64,000 nt of DNA from Octopus vulgaris (Eukaryota), in contig OX597824.1 in NCBI GenBank assembly GCA_951406725.2, forward strand, positions 23,374,001-23,438,000, written 5' to 3'. The notes beneath the pieces are model-generated. The model was not told the DNA's origin. It worked only from the letters and a program-made list of their open reading frames with translations, and made no database searches. This document shows, in pieces, positions 28,194 through 42,356 of this stretch. Numbering within the stretch: position 1 is the stretch's first letter; the number at the start of each line of letters is the position of its first letter. The translations under genes were made by a program, and so were the position numbers.

Positions 28194-28351
28194 TTATATT
28201 TTCAATACAACAGAGTAAAAATATCAAGGCAATTTTATATACATCGATCGAATATATTATGTTCCGGTACTTATCGCTACATACAGATGGGTGTACTAAG
28301 CGGTTGGTGGTTATATATCGCAATCAAACACACATAGAGGCATCATATATA

Positions 28352-28610
28352 TATTTTAGTGATTATTGGACTTTTAGCGACCATTGAGCTTTATGTCACA
28401 CTCGGGTTCTCAGGGCCTAATGCACTTTTAGCGCCCATTACGCTTTTAGCAATCATTAGTCTTTTAGTGGCTATTCAGTTTTTAGCAATCACTGGGTCAT
28501 TCAGAGTCTATTAGACTTTATGATGCCTATTGGACATTTAGTGACCGCTAGGATTTTAGTAATCAATAAAGATTAATTAATCACTGGGCTTTTAGCGACA
28601 TTGGGTTTAT
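28352..28610. repeat. Diverged 20-21 bp minisatellite (consensus about GGRCTTTTAGYGACCATT)
   Basis: About a dozen degenerate TTTTAG-cored units. Confidence 0.7.
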
Positions 28611-28696
28611 GAAGGGATTCAAAGATTATCGGTCTGTAAATCTTTTATTTTTCACTTGTTTCGTTTTCACTTTAAATCTTAATTTTTCACTTACTT

Positions 28697-29103
28697 ACTC
28701 TTTACTCTTTTACTTGTTTCAGTCATTTGACTGCGACCATGCTGGAGCACCGCCTTTAGTCGAGCAAATCGACCCCGGGACTTATTCTTTGTAAGCCCAG
28801 TACTTATTCTATCGGTCTCTTTTGCCGAACCGCTAAGTGACGGGGACGTAAACACACCAGCATCGGTTGTCAAGCAATGCCAGGGGGACAAACACAGACA
28901 CACAAGCACACACATACATATATATATATATACATATATACGACAGGCTTCTTTCAGTTTCCGTCTACCAAATCCACTCACAAGGCATTGGTCGGCCCGG
29001 GGCTAAAGCAGAAGACACTTGCCCAAGATGCCACGCAGTGGGACTGAACCCAGAACCATGTGGTTGGTTAGCAAGCTACTTACCACACAGCCACTCCTGC
29101 GCC
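28697..29103 (-). mobile_element. SINE family A, full length
   Basis: Match to family A. Confidence 0.93.
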
Positions 29104-29298
29104 TATGTTTTTTTTTTCACTTTAAATCTTTTATTTTTCACATTGCAGTCAGGCTGGAGCACCACAATAAGGAACTTTTCCTCGAATGAATCGACACCAG
29201 CACGTTCTTAAAGTCTGTTACGCATTTTATCGATATCTTTGCCGATCCGGTAACACACCATCCCAAGTTGTCAAGCGGCGACAAACAGACAGAGACAG

Positions 29299-29386
<88 letters not shown>

Positions 29387-29435
29387 GCGCGCACACACAC
29401 GCACACACACACACACGCAGACACACACACACACG

Positions 29436-29480
<45 letters not shown>

Positions 29481-29490
29481 GCATATACGT

Positions 29491-29740
29491 GGAGGCGCGT
29501 CGCTTAGTGGTTAGGGTATCAGCATCATGATCGTAAGATTGTGGTTTCGATTCCTGGACCAGGCGACGCGTTGTTCTTGAGCAAAACACTTCATTTCACG
29601 TTGCTCCAGTCCGCTCAGCTGGCAAAAATTATTAACGCTGCGATGGACTGGCGTCCCGTCCAGCTGGTGAAGACGTACACCATAGAAACCGGGAAACCGA
29701 GCCCATGATCCTGGCTAGGCTTTAAAAGGGTGCATTTATT
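29491..29740 (+). mobile_element. SINE with D-type head/CORE and Meta-like tail
   Basis: GGAGGCGCGTCGCTTAGTGG...TTCTTGAGCAAAACAC...CTGCGATGGACTGGCGTCCCGTCCAG...GAAACCGG. Confidence 0.75.
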
Positions 29741-30629
29741 ACTTTATTATTATATATATATATACGACGGGCTTCTATCAGTTTCCGCCTACGAAATCCA
29801 TTCATAATGCTTTAGTTGACTCGAGGATATACTCGGGGGAGCTCTTACCAAAGGTATCACGTAGTGGGACTGAACCCGGAACCATGTGGTCGGGAAGCAA
29901 GCTTCTTACCCCGCAACCAATCATGCGCCATATTTCTGACGTAATTTCAATACGGCTGGGCAAGGCAATACAAGCTCTCTCTCTTAAGAAGGCCTGCAGC
30001 AGATGGCTTGTATGTGTGTGAATGCTTGTGCTTCATGCACGTGCTGTATATAGGTACGTGTGTATGCATGTAATCTAATATCTGTATATTTATACACGCA
30101 TTAAATATACTATATAAGTAGAAGTTAATATAACAAACCGTTCTTTTTCTTTCTTTTTTTTTTTTCCAATTTTACACAGAAGTACGTGTATACAATGGTA
30201 TGTGGCGAATTTTCATTTGGATATATAAATATATGTCTACGTGAGTCTATAAATATATACACCCACACACGGACCAACAAAAACACCGAACGTTGGTACA
30301 CTAACACAGAAACACAGATTATTCAAATATAGATGCATATTTACATACAGGCATACCCACATATATAATTGCATACATACATACATACATACACACATAC
30401 ATACATACATACATACATACATACATACATACATGCATATATACATGCATGCATATATTCATACATTCATACGCACGTATAAATTTACAAAATTACTTAT
30501 GAGCCTACATACATACAAATATACATAGATACCTACATACATATATACATATAAACATACATAATTGCTTACACTCATGTGTATATACTCACATATGTCC
30601 ATACTTATATACATATATACATACATACA

Positions 30630-30664
<35 letters not shown>

Positions 30665-30958
30665 GTCTTGCAAACAACTTGCACATGCAAGTGCTACCAG
30701 TCAAAAGCTCCGTATACCGGAAGCTAGCAAGTGTATGGGTCATCAGGAGAGAATGCGCGCCGTTTTGGGGCCTACCTCTCGACGGCATCAATGCGCACCG
30801 GCCCCCCTCACTGATATGAGGCCCCGCTTGCTAGATCAGCTGGTTATGAAGAACTCAATATACTTCTAGCCATCGCTCATCGTCTCTTTTTAACCAAATC
30901 CAGTGGCTAGCCTTCTCCACTGTAGATTGGATATCAGTCATGGTGGTATTGACTTTAC
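30665..30958 (-). mobile_element. 5'-truncated copy of the RLE (HERO-like) LINE 3' end
   Basis: Reverse complement of about 39165-39451; ends in a TA/TACA tract. Confidence 0.88.
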
Positions 30959-30974
30959 ATGCATGATATATAAA

Positions 30975-31178
30975 CACAGGAAGACGTTGAAATGTTCCTG
31001 GCTGGAGGCCTAACCTTCAGAGTACTTTTACAAGGCTTAGAAAAACTGAAGGATCGCTACAATGAATATGCGAATCTGACAGGGTTAATACGTTGAATAA
31101 AATATGTTGAATAAAATTATCTTATCTTCCTCTATTTTCTTTTACCGAAAACCAGGAACTTTACAGTACACCCTCGTA
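30975..31178 (+). mobile_element. Mariner-derived remnant (transposase C-terminus + right TIR)
   Basis: GLEKLKDRYNEYANL.G.YVE* followed by CCAGGAACTTTACAGTACACCCTCGTA. Confidence 0.6.
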
Positions 31179-31566
31179 CACATATATAGTTACATATTTT
31201 TCTCTTTTCTCTTTTATTTGTTTCAGTCAGTTGACTGCGGCCATGCTGGAGCACCGCCTTTAGTCGAGCAACTCGACCCCGGGACTTATTCTTTGCAAGC
31301 CCAGTACTTATTTTATCGGTCTCTTTTGCCGAACCGCTATATATAACCATATATATATAACTATATATAACCATATATATATAACCATATATAAATAATC
31401 GCATGCACACATACATATATGTATGTGTATATATATATATATATATATAACTATATTATATTATATGCGCACACGCAGAAAGTGAATGACTCCTCATCAG
31501 TTATCGTCTAAAGGACCATAACAATTTCAGTATGTGTGCGTGTGTGCGCGTGTATATATATTTATG

Positions 31567-31598
<32 letters not shown>

Positions 31599-31660
31599 CG
31601 TGTGTGTATACATACATGCATACATACATACATACATGCATACATACAAACATACATACA

Positions 31661-31692
<32 letters not shown>

Positions 31693-32613
31693 AACATTCT
31701 TTCTTAACGCAATTATAGATGCCTAAATATACATTCATACATATATACATATATAGTTACATATAACCATACATATATTATTGCATACATACATAATTGC
31801 ATACATATATACATGCATACATACTTAATTACATACATACATACATGCATACGTACATACATACATACATACATACATACATACATACATACATACATAC
31901 ATACATACATACATACGTACATACATACATACATACATACATACATACATACATACGTACATACATAATTGCATACATACATACATACTTACATACATAC
32001 ATACATAATGCATACAAATAAAGGTACATTTATAAATGCACACATACATATATACATATATACATACACCCATACATACGTAACTATGTACATACACAGT
32101 TACATATACCCATAAATACGTAACTCGACACTTAAATGAATTCATACCCCCACCCACACACACACATTCATGCATACATACATACATACATACAAACAGA
32201 CAGAAAGACAAACAGACATACGTGCTTACAAAAACACTAATATAGACACGTACAGAGGTAGACAACCGAACGAACCGACAGATCATGAGCAGACAGGTGA
32301 AGATTGACAGCCACGTACCCATAGATGCAGAGAGATGTACACATATGCACACAGGCACGCTGCAATTAGATAATTTATACAATGTTACCTATAGAGCTTT
32401 CATATTAAAGTGCAAATTATCACTTAACTGTCGTTAACCTGGTGCAGCTATTAATATAGACATGAGCAGAGGGATTACAGATTAGAGCCAATCAAAGCTA
32501 TTTAAGGTATGTTATGCCGACAAATACATACAGACATATAGGACAAGCTCTCACATCTGCTTATGTACATATGTGTATATATGCGTAAGAACATATATAT
32601 ACATATATATATA

Positions 32614-32772
<159 letters not shown>

Positions 32773-32916
32773 ATGTATATATGTATGTATGTATGTATGT
32801 ATGTAAGTATATATATATATATATGTATATATGTATATATGTATGTATGTATGTATGTATATATGTATATATATATATATATACATATACACACACACAT
32901 ATATATATATATACAT

Positions 32917-32965
<49 letters not shown>

Positions 32966-33309
32966 AATGTATGTATGTACTTTGCGTGTATATACATTTG
33001 TAGCACATGAACACGTGGTTAAGCTTCTGTGTACAACGGAAATAAAATAATTTATTTGTACAAAGTATTTCATTATCCTTGCATTAAAAGTTTAAATGTT
33101 GCTATTTCCGCTTAAATGTAAATAGCTTTCTCTCTCCCTCTCTCTCTCTCTCTCTTTCTATCTCTCTCTTTCTATCTCTCTCTTTCTTTTTTTCTCTCTC
33201 TCTCTCTCCATTTCTCTCTCTCCTGTCCCTCACCTTCTTTCTCCTTTTTTTTTTCTCTCTCTGCGTCACACACAAATCATATACACATATTATTTAGATA
33301 CTCTCTTTT

Positions 33310-33532
33310 TTTACTCTTTTACTCTTTTACTTGTTTCAGGCATGTGACTGTGGCTATGCTGGAGCACCGCCTTTAGTTGAGCAAATCGACCCCAGGACTT
33401 ATTCTTTGTAAGCCTTGTACTTATGCTATCGCCTTCTTTTGCCGAACCGCTAGTTTACAGGAACGTAAACACACCAGCATCAGTTTTCAAGCGATATTGG
33501 GGTGGGGGACAAACACAGATACACAAAAATAT

Positions 33533-33565
<33 letters not shown>

Positions 33566-33688
33566 CATGTATACGACGGGCTTCTTTCAGTTTCCGTCTA
33601 CCAAATACACTCACAAGGCTTTGGCCCGAGGCTATAGTAAAAGACTCTTGCCCAAAATGCCACGCAGTGGGACTGAACCCGGAACCAT
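33310..33688 (-). mobile_element. SINE family A, 5'-truncated
   Basis: Match to family A. Confidence 0.88.
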
Positions 33689-33864
33689 GATCATTTAATA
33701 TGTAATTATCTATGTATTCATACTTGAATATTTATCGTCTGAAAATCTTCAATCTGTTTTTGGGTGTTTGAGTGTGTATATATATTTTATACACACACAC
33801 ATACACACACACACACACACACATATACGTGTGCGTGTATGTATATGTATGTATGTATGCATAT

Positions 33865-34037
33865 TGCCGCTACGTTCTGAGTTCAAATTCCACCGAGGTC
33901 GACTTTGCCTTTCATCCTTTCGGGGTCGATAAATAAAGTACCAGTTACACACTGGGGTCGATATAATCGACTTAATCCGTTTGTCTGTCCTTGTTTGTCC
34001 CGTCTGTGTTTAGCCCCTTGTGGGTAGTAAAGAAATA
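33865..34037 (+). mobile_element. SINE family B, head-less
   Basis: Match to family B body and tail. Confidence 0.88.
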
Positions 34038-34330
34038 TATATAAAACCATCATCGTTTTGTTGTTTTTTTTTAGTCTATGTAATGCGGCCATGTCGGAGC
34101 ACCGCCTTGAAGAGTTCGACTCTATCAAAAAGAGGCCCGGTCTTCTTTAAAGCCGGGTACTTTTTCTGTTTAACTCCTTTTCCGAACTGCTGGGCTGCTG
34201 CCCTCTACACCGATTCTAAAGTGTTGACGGGAGACAAGCACAAAGATAGTTACATCGGTATATACATACATACGTACATACATACATACATACATACATA
34301 CATACATACGTACATACATACATACATACA

Positions 34331-34364
<34 letters not shown>

Positions 34365-34624
34365 CATACATACATACATTCATACATACATACATACATA
34401 CATACATACATTCATACATACATACATATATACATACATACATACATACATATATACATACATACATACATACATACATACATACATACATACATACATA
34501 CATTCATACATACATCATACATACATACATACATACATACATACATTCATACATGCATACATACATTCATACATACATACATACATACATACATACATAC
34601 ATACATACATACACACAAAACATA

Positions 34625-35044
34625 TACTCTTTTATTCTTTGACACGTTTCAGTCATTTGGTTGCAGCCATGCTGGAGCACCCTCTTTAGTCAAAGAAATC
34701 GCCCCCAGGACATATTCTTCGTAAGCCTTGTACTTATTTTAACGGTTTTCTTTTGCCAAACCGCTAAGTTACGGGGACGTAAACACACCAACATAGGTTA
34801 TCAAGCGATGGTGGGGGGAGGGGACAAACATACACACAAACAAACACACATAAATATATATATATACATATATATATATACTCTCGACGGGATTCTTTCA
34901 GTTTCTGTCAATCAGATCCACTGACAAGGCTTTGGTCGGCCCGAAGTATAGTAGAAGAAACTTGCTCAAGGTGCCACGCAATATTACTGAACTCGGAACC
35001 ATGTTGTTGGGAAGCAAGCTTCTTAACATACAACCACGCATGCG

Positions 35045-35046
<2 letters not shown>
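34625..35046 (-). mobile_element. SINE family A, older diverged copy
   Basis: Diverged match to family A. Confidence 0.82.
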
Positions 35047-35085
<39 letters not shown>

Positions 35086-35344
35086 GATAAAACATTTACC
35101 TAAAACTAAATAGAACTAATTATATACAATTTATTATTTAGTACTTTATTTAGTTTTAGGTAGATGTTTTGTCGTATCTTTAATCTTTTTCTATATGGTA
35201 TGATTTAAGTATATCATTGTTGAATTGCTTCATGGTGGTTCTTCTCTAATTTATATACATGTATTATATATTCTGAAATTTGAAAATTGAATTTTCTCCT
35301 GTAAGTTTGGAATCATATTCCTTAATATTATATATATATATATA

Positions 35345-35767
<423 letters not shown>

Positions 35768-36062
35768 GGATATTAACAATCGAAACTGATCGGTACATAG
35801 GTAATCATTTTTATTTCGTATATTTTCATTAGTCTTGCTTATTTTTAATGCTTTGGTTTGTACTGAGTTTTTTGTTTGAGAACATATTCTTTGTGGAAAA
35901 TAGCGATTTGACGTCTATATCTAGCATATTGACCTCCACTTTTAGTGGTCAGTCCTTTAAATTTTGTATGTAAAAATAGTTTAATCTTCGGATTTTTTTA
36001 ATATGCTGGGCCACTGGTTTTAATTGATCAATATCAATTTCTACCCTTATTGAATTTTAAAT

Positions 36063-36118
<56 letters not shown>

Positions 36119-36268
36119 TAATTGAGTAGTTGAATGAATTATCTTATTATGGATAATTCGGTTAACCGATACCTGGGTAGCAAATTCACGTCAGAAAAAC
36201 ACGGTTGAAGCTACATGCCTAGGACAGAGATCACGTGCTATCGTGTGGAAATTTGTGTGTTTTTTTAA

Positions 36269-36423
36269 ATACAAATAAATGAAAGAATGGAGTTGAACGA
36301 CGAATTAACAAAATTCCTTTATTTTATTTTCGACATATGTTTATGCAGCCTTCGAAACACATGTCGAAAATAAAATAAAGGAATTTTATTAATTCGTCGT
36401 TCAACTCCATTCTTTCATTTATT

Positions 36424-36428
<5 letters not shown>
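36269..36428. repeat. Near-perfect 74-bp-arm hairpin
   Basis: 36269-36342 is the reverse complement of 36355-36428 with 2 mismatches; 12-nt loop. Confidence 0.92.
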
Positions 36429-36467
<39 letters not shown>

Positions 36468-36468
<1 letters not shown>

Positions 36469-36830
36469 GTCTGACGAGAGTCATCCTCTTTTAGTACCTT
36501 ATAATTTGATACACTCACCGGTTAGATTTCTACTCATTTAGCTATATCTTTTTTTTTTAAAGTTTTCATTGCGTCTTGCAACTTTTTCAATAGTCGTTGT
36601 CTCTCTATTGAAAACGTTTGAAACGATTAGTAAAAATAACTATTGAAAAGGATGCAAGACGGAACGACAATTTTAGAAAACAAATAAGTAAATTAGTGGA
36701 AATCGAACCGGTGAATGTGTTAAGTGATAAGGCACTGAAAGAGAATGACTCTCCTCAGACACGATGAAATATGCTTCAACACACGAATTCACATAAATAA
36801 TCTTGCAAACCAAATACAAAAACGAAGGAC
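36468..36830. mobile_element. Two diverged inverted copies of the 12735 repeat family
   Basis: 36468-36595 vs 36639-36762 inverted. Confidence 0.6.
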
Positions 36831-37052
36831 GCCGAGGGTCCCATTTTAATAAAGGCGGTGCTCCAGCATGGCCGCAGTCAAATGACTGAAACAAATAAAA
36901 GAATATGTATTTGTCTCTGTTGCCGGAATATCCCATACTCGGGGGGTATCCCAGAAACAGCTGTAAGACTGAATTTTTTTCCATCCATGATAATAAGGTA
37001 TATGACTTGTGATGCTTGCCTTGCCTTAACGTCTGTTGTCCTCTTTAGCAAT

Positions 37053-37107
<55 letters not shown>

Positions 37108-37211
37108 GTGCAAATACGCGTGGGCACAAGCACACGCGCGTGCGGACGCCCACGTATTTTATGCAGAACAATGAATATATATGGATTGAAAGGAATTTAA
37201 ATATTACGTTA

Positions 37212-37708
37212 TGTTATACAATTAGGAATGCAAATACCTTGTTACACGTGACTGATTTGCAGAAAAAGAGGAAAGAAGTTCATTGTGTGTGTTTATTGAG
37301 CGAAAACACCTAAAGCTCTACGAGGCTCCGGCAGGAGATGGTGGTGACCCCTGTTGTACTCTTTCGCTCCAACTTTCTCTCACTCTTTTTTTCCTGTTTC
37401 TTGAGTAACGCTGCGATGGGCTGGCGTCCCGTCCATCTGGGGGGAACACATACGCCAAAGAAACCGGGAAACCGGACCCATGAGCCTGCCTAGGCTTGCA
37501 AAGGCGCATAAATAAAATAATATCATAATATGACGTTACATAGCCTCAATGTGTATCAAATTAAATTGCAAATATTTTCTATCCATGCTATTGATCCCCA
37601 GAAAGGAGAGTGGAGTATCTTTTGATGGTTCATTTCACTGACTTCTTTCCTCTTTTTCTGCAAATCAGTCACGTGTAACAATGTATTTGCATTCCTAATT
37701 GTATAACA
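37212..37708. repeat. 68-bp inverted repeat (37212-37279 / 37641-37708) enclosing a 5'-truncated SINE C with Meta-like tail (37283-37512)
   Basis: Arms differ at about one base. Confidence 0.88.
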
Positions 37709-37940
37709 GGTGCAGGTGTGTGGTAAGGAGCTTGCTTACCAACGACATGGTACCGAGTTCAGTCTCACTGCATGACACCTTGGGCAAGTGTCTTCTACTA
37801 TAGCCTCTGGTCAACCAAAGCCTTATGAGTGAATTTGATCGATGGAAACTGAAAGAAGGCCGTCGTATATATGTGTGTGTGTGTGTCTTTGTCTGTGTGG
37901 GTATGTATGTGTGTGTGCATGTGTGTCTGTGTCTGTTCAA
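37709..37940 (+). mobile_element. SINE family A, 5' half, diverged
   Basis: Match to family A head. Confidence 0.8.
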
Positions 37941-38467
37941 CTATAATAAAGCACATTTTATACCACCACCACGACAACGACGTCAATTTATGTATATGAG
38001 TATGTATGTGTCTGTGAGTGTGTGTGCGTTTGCGCGTTCCTTACATACGACATAGTAAATTCCATTTTAATACCACCACCACATTTAGTTTGTATATGGG
38101 TGTGTATGTGTCTGTCAGAGTCAATTCCGCAAGGTAGTTGGACTTCATCTCTCTACTACATGCTTCTCTCACGGCTACCTCTAAAATGGTTGCTCACGAG
38201 TTGGAACCAGCAGCAATTTATTCATTTGGACACCGAAGAAAAATTACGCAATGAATATCGTTTAACCTGAGGTGTCTCAAGAATGACAGATTCTCAGTTC
38301 TAAATTCTATTATCATTTCAATTTAGATATCTTTTAATAAAATATACATATTTTGAAATAAGTATGAGAAAAAAATATATTTTCATATTTATTGTTTACT
38401 AATCTGAATAAGAAAAGCAGTAACCCTGGCAACGTCGGGTATGTGTGTGTGTGTGTGTGTGTGCGTG

Positions 38468-38580
38468 TGAAGCCGCATGGCTCAGTGGTTAGAGCGTCGA
38501 GCTTACGATCGTGAGGTTGTGAGTTCGAATCCCAGATCTGGCTGCGTGTTGTGTTCTTGAGTAAGACACTTTATTTTACG

Positions 38581-38581
<1 letters not shown>
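38468..38581 (+). mobile_element. SINE D head fragment (tRNA-like + CORE-like)
   Basis: TGGCTCAGTGGTTAGAGCG...GAGTTCGAATCCC...TGTGTTCTTGAGTAAGACAC. Confidence 0.75.
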
Positions 38582-38614
<33 letters not shown>

Positions 38615-38618
<4 letters not shown>

Positions 38619-39448
38619 GTGGAAAGGTCGGTACACTAAAACATATTCTTTCCAACTGTTCATAAGCATTGAACAGGTACACATGGAGGCACAACTTGGT
38701 CCTTAAGGTTATCTTCAGTGCTATAAAGAACCAAATTCATCTCAACAACACTGAGGAAAAATCGTTATAAGTACCATCAAGAGAGTTCATTACCTTCGTG
38801 CGACCAGGTCAGCAGATCCGTTTCAAGAAGAAGACCAAGAAACTTCCTGAGAAAAATGAAAAGTGGAACGGCTATTGGGAGGTAACTGCAGATTTACCTG
38901 GGTGCCAGGTTTTCTTTCCCATCCCAGTTTCGAAAAAACCAGATATTTTGATGTGGTGTGAAAGAAAGAAAGTTGTAAATATAGTCGAGCTAACGGTTCC
39001 TCACGAAGATAATATGGACGCCGCTCGAGCTCGAAAATTAAACCTCCTCGAGGAATGTGAAGATGCAGGCTGGAAAGCGGAACATTTTCCTATCGAAGTC
39101 GGATGTAGAGGGTGTGCAGGACACAGCGTGAGACGACTGTTGTTATCGTTAGGCCTAACTCATCGTAAAGTCAATACCACCATGACTGATATCCAATCTA
39201 CAGTGCAGAAGGCTAGCCACTGGATTTGGTTAAAAAGAGACGATGAGCGATGGCTAGAAGTATATTGAGTTCTTCATAACCAGCTGATCTAGCAAGCGGG
39301 GCCCCATATCAGTGAGGGGGGCCGGTGTGCATTGATGCCGTCGAGAGGTAGGCCCCGAAACGGCGCGTATGATGACCCCATACACTTGCTAGCTTCCGAT
39401 ATACGGAGCTTTTAACTGGTAGCACTTGCACGTGCAAGTTGTTTGCAA

Positions 39449-39451
<3 letters not shown>
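38615..39451 (+). mobile_element. 5'-truncated non-LTR retrotransposon with restriction-like endonuclease (HERO/R2-group-like)
   Basis: Single frame KCGKVGTLKHILSNC (zinc knuckle)-RYTWRHN-...KKPDILMW...IVELTVPHE...ARK...FPIEVGCRG...SHWIWLKR, two stops, 3' UTR, flanked by (TA)n on both sides. Confidence 0.88.
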
Positions 39452-39518
<67 letters not shown>

Positions 39519-39727
39519 TATATATATATTAAATTCAACTTTCGTTGAAAATCAACAGAGTTAGCTTTAGAAGCCTTGAGACGTATTTAAATAAATAAAT
39601 AAGAAAATAGTGTTATTTCCAAACTAAGGATGTGAATAATATAGCATGAACAGGATCAACTATCCATATTTGGCATATCTATGTATGTACATACATACAT
39701 ACATACATACATACATACATACATACA

Positions 39728-39758
<31 letters not shown>

Positions 39759-40358
39759 GGATGAAATCACTTCGATTCAAATTCGCTGGTACTCTTGAGT
39801 TTTGAGCGTTATGCTAATCGTCAGCCAACAAACACACATACACACACACACAAATGAATGTGCGCATGTATACATAGGTATGCAAGATATATAATGCCAC
39901 TAAAAATCTATATAAACTATATGTAACGGAAATGAAGTGATTTATAGAGACAATTATATCACTATTTGAACGTTTAAATTTTGTTATTTCCGTTGTAAAT
40001 ATAAATAACACTCACACGCATGTACCCACACCTAAAAACATACATACATGTGTGTGTGTGTGTGTGTACAGATGTATATATATGAGTGGGTGTGTGTGTG
40101 TGTAAATATAATATATGCATGTTTGTACATGCATATATATATATATATATATGTAGATATATATATACATAAAGATTTATTAGTCACTAATAGGGACTGT
40201 ATGTGCTACAAACACATATATTGCTAGAAATAAGAGTTAAATTACTTATAGCTGCATAGAAGCACATTTGTTTATACTAACAGAGTAGACAATGTGCCCC
40301 ACGAACGAAGTAAATCTAGAGCACCTAATGAGAATTATCAACAGTGTGCTTTAATTGC

Positions 40359-40419
<61 letters not shown>

Positions 40420-40889
40420 GTTGCTCGTACGTGACCATCGCCCATCCTTCCTTTCCTCACATGATCATCTTTCTTTTCCTTCACTCTACTGCCCAGTTCA
40501 GACGCATTCGTATCTGTCTCCTCTCGTTTCTCTAAAAAAGGAAGCTTCTTCTAGCGTTCGACACCTTACCTCGTCTGAGCCTAACGGCCTTCCCTGTTTG
40601 TGTTCGTTTGGTTTGGTTTGTTGTATGTCCCATTTTTGTTACCATCATTCACCCTCCGCAAATCCCCATTTTTGTTTTCGGTTCTCGGGAGCAACTGTCT
40701 TCAAAATCGTATTTTGTCGTTGATTGCTCGAAATAAGGAGTAGAAGGACTGCCGACAACTGATGAAGAGTTGTTTTTATACGTTAATTGTCTTGTTGCCC
40801 CTTCTTTTCTCTCATTTTTTGCGTACCCAACATTATTTTCGTATTTCATGTTCGTTTACGTTTTGCGACGTCCTGTACCCATATATGCA

Positions 40890-41024
<135 letters not shown>

Positions 41025-41294
41025 GTATGGATGTACATATGTATGTCTATATTTGCATATATATAGATATATATTATTTATATTATTATTTGATTGAACG
41101 CCACGCATTCATTTCCAAGTAAGCTTTCTCTATATATATATGTGTGTGTGTGTATTTATATGCACGCGCACCTTCGTATTGACTTCATCAGTACTTTATT
41201 ATTATTCACTTGGATGCATCATAGAAACCCCCGTGCTTTTCTTCAAATTATCCCTTTTTTTCTTCTTTTTTCCTTCTCCAGCCTTTCTTCCACA

Positions 41295-41325
41295 ATCCGA
41301 TGAAGAGCCATACTCGAAACGTCAT
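41295..41325 (+). ncRNA. Degenerate minimal hammerhead motif
   Basis: AT-CCGATGA-A-GAG(ccata)CTC-GAAACGTC-AT. Confidence 0.45.
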
Positions 41326-41574
41326 ATTTTTTCCTTTAATGATCAATTTCTCTGTTCTGTTACTAGTTTCAGCTCAAGAGCTGCGGTCAAGCTGGGGCAC
41401 TTCTATTTAGTGTGATGCTTCCAGCACCGAAGTTATAGTAGAAGACAACTGACCAAGTTACCACGCAGTGGGACTGAACCTAAAACCATCTGGCTGGTAA
41501 GCAAGCTACTCACCACGCAGCTATATATTGTATATATATATAATATATAAATGTATGTAAATATATATATCATG

Positions 41575-41634
<60 letters not shown>

Positions 41635-41743
41635 TATCTATGTATCTACCTACCTATCTGTCAATCTATCAATCAATCTATCTATCTGTCTATATTTATC
41701 TATCTATTATATACAGACACATACATACACAAATACACACACA

Positions 41744-41813
<70 letters not shown>

Positions 41814-42099
41814 ACATTTCGAAATTTTTTCCAAACAGACATTCTGCGTGTAGGATACGCAGAACATAAAGATAAGTGAAGGTTATCATACTCAAGTTGG
41901 CAGAATGAAAATAAAATAAAAAAATAATGTCTAAATGAGCAAAATTTCAACTGTAATGTGAAAAAATACATGCTTGAATATAAGTTAATTAGCATTTATA
42001 GAAAATATACTTTCACACAAACAACAAAAGAGAGGATTCGCTCCAGAAATTTGAGTCTGTGTGACATTCCTTTTAATAGTGGCATATGGGCAGGAAGTG

Positions 42100-42138
<39 letters not shown>

Positions 42139-42287
42139 CCTCATGATCAGTTGTTACTGTTATGAGTAGTCACATGTTTCGGCTGACATGGACTTCGTCA
42201 GTGAAGTGTAGCCACCAAGGTTTCATATTCACTTGAGTTCATAGTTTGTGTTTTTGTGTGTGTATATGTGTATTGTGTGTGTGCGTT

Positions 42288-42356
<69 letters not shown>

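Noticed and set aside
38468-38545. tRNA gene
   Set aside because: A and B boxes are present but the acceptor stem does not close and it runs into a CORE-like SINE body; the same applies to the heads at 26880-26947, 29491, 49592 and 59243
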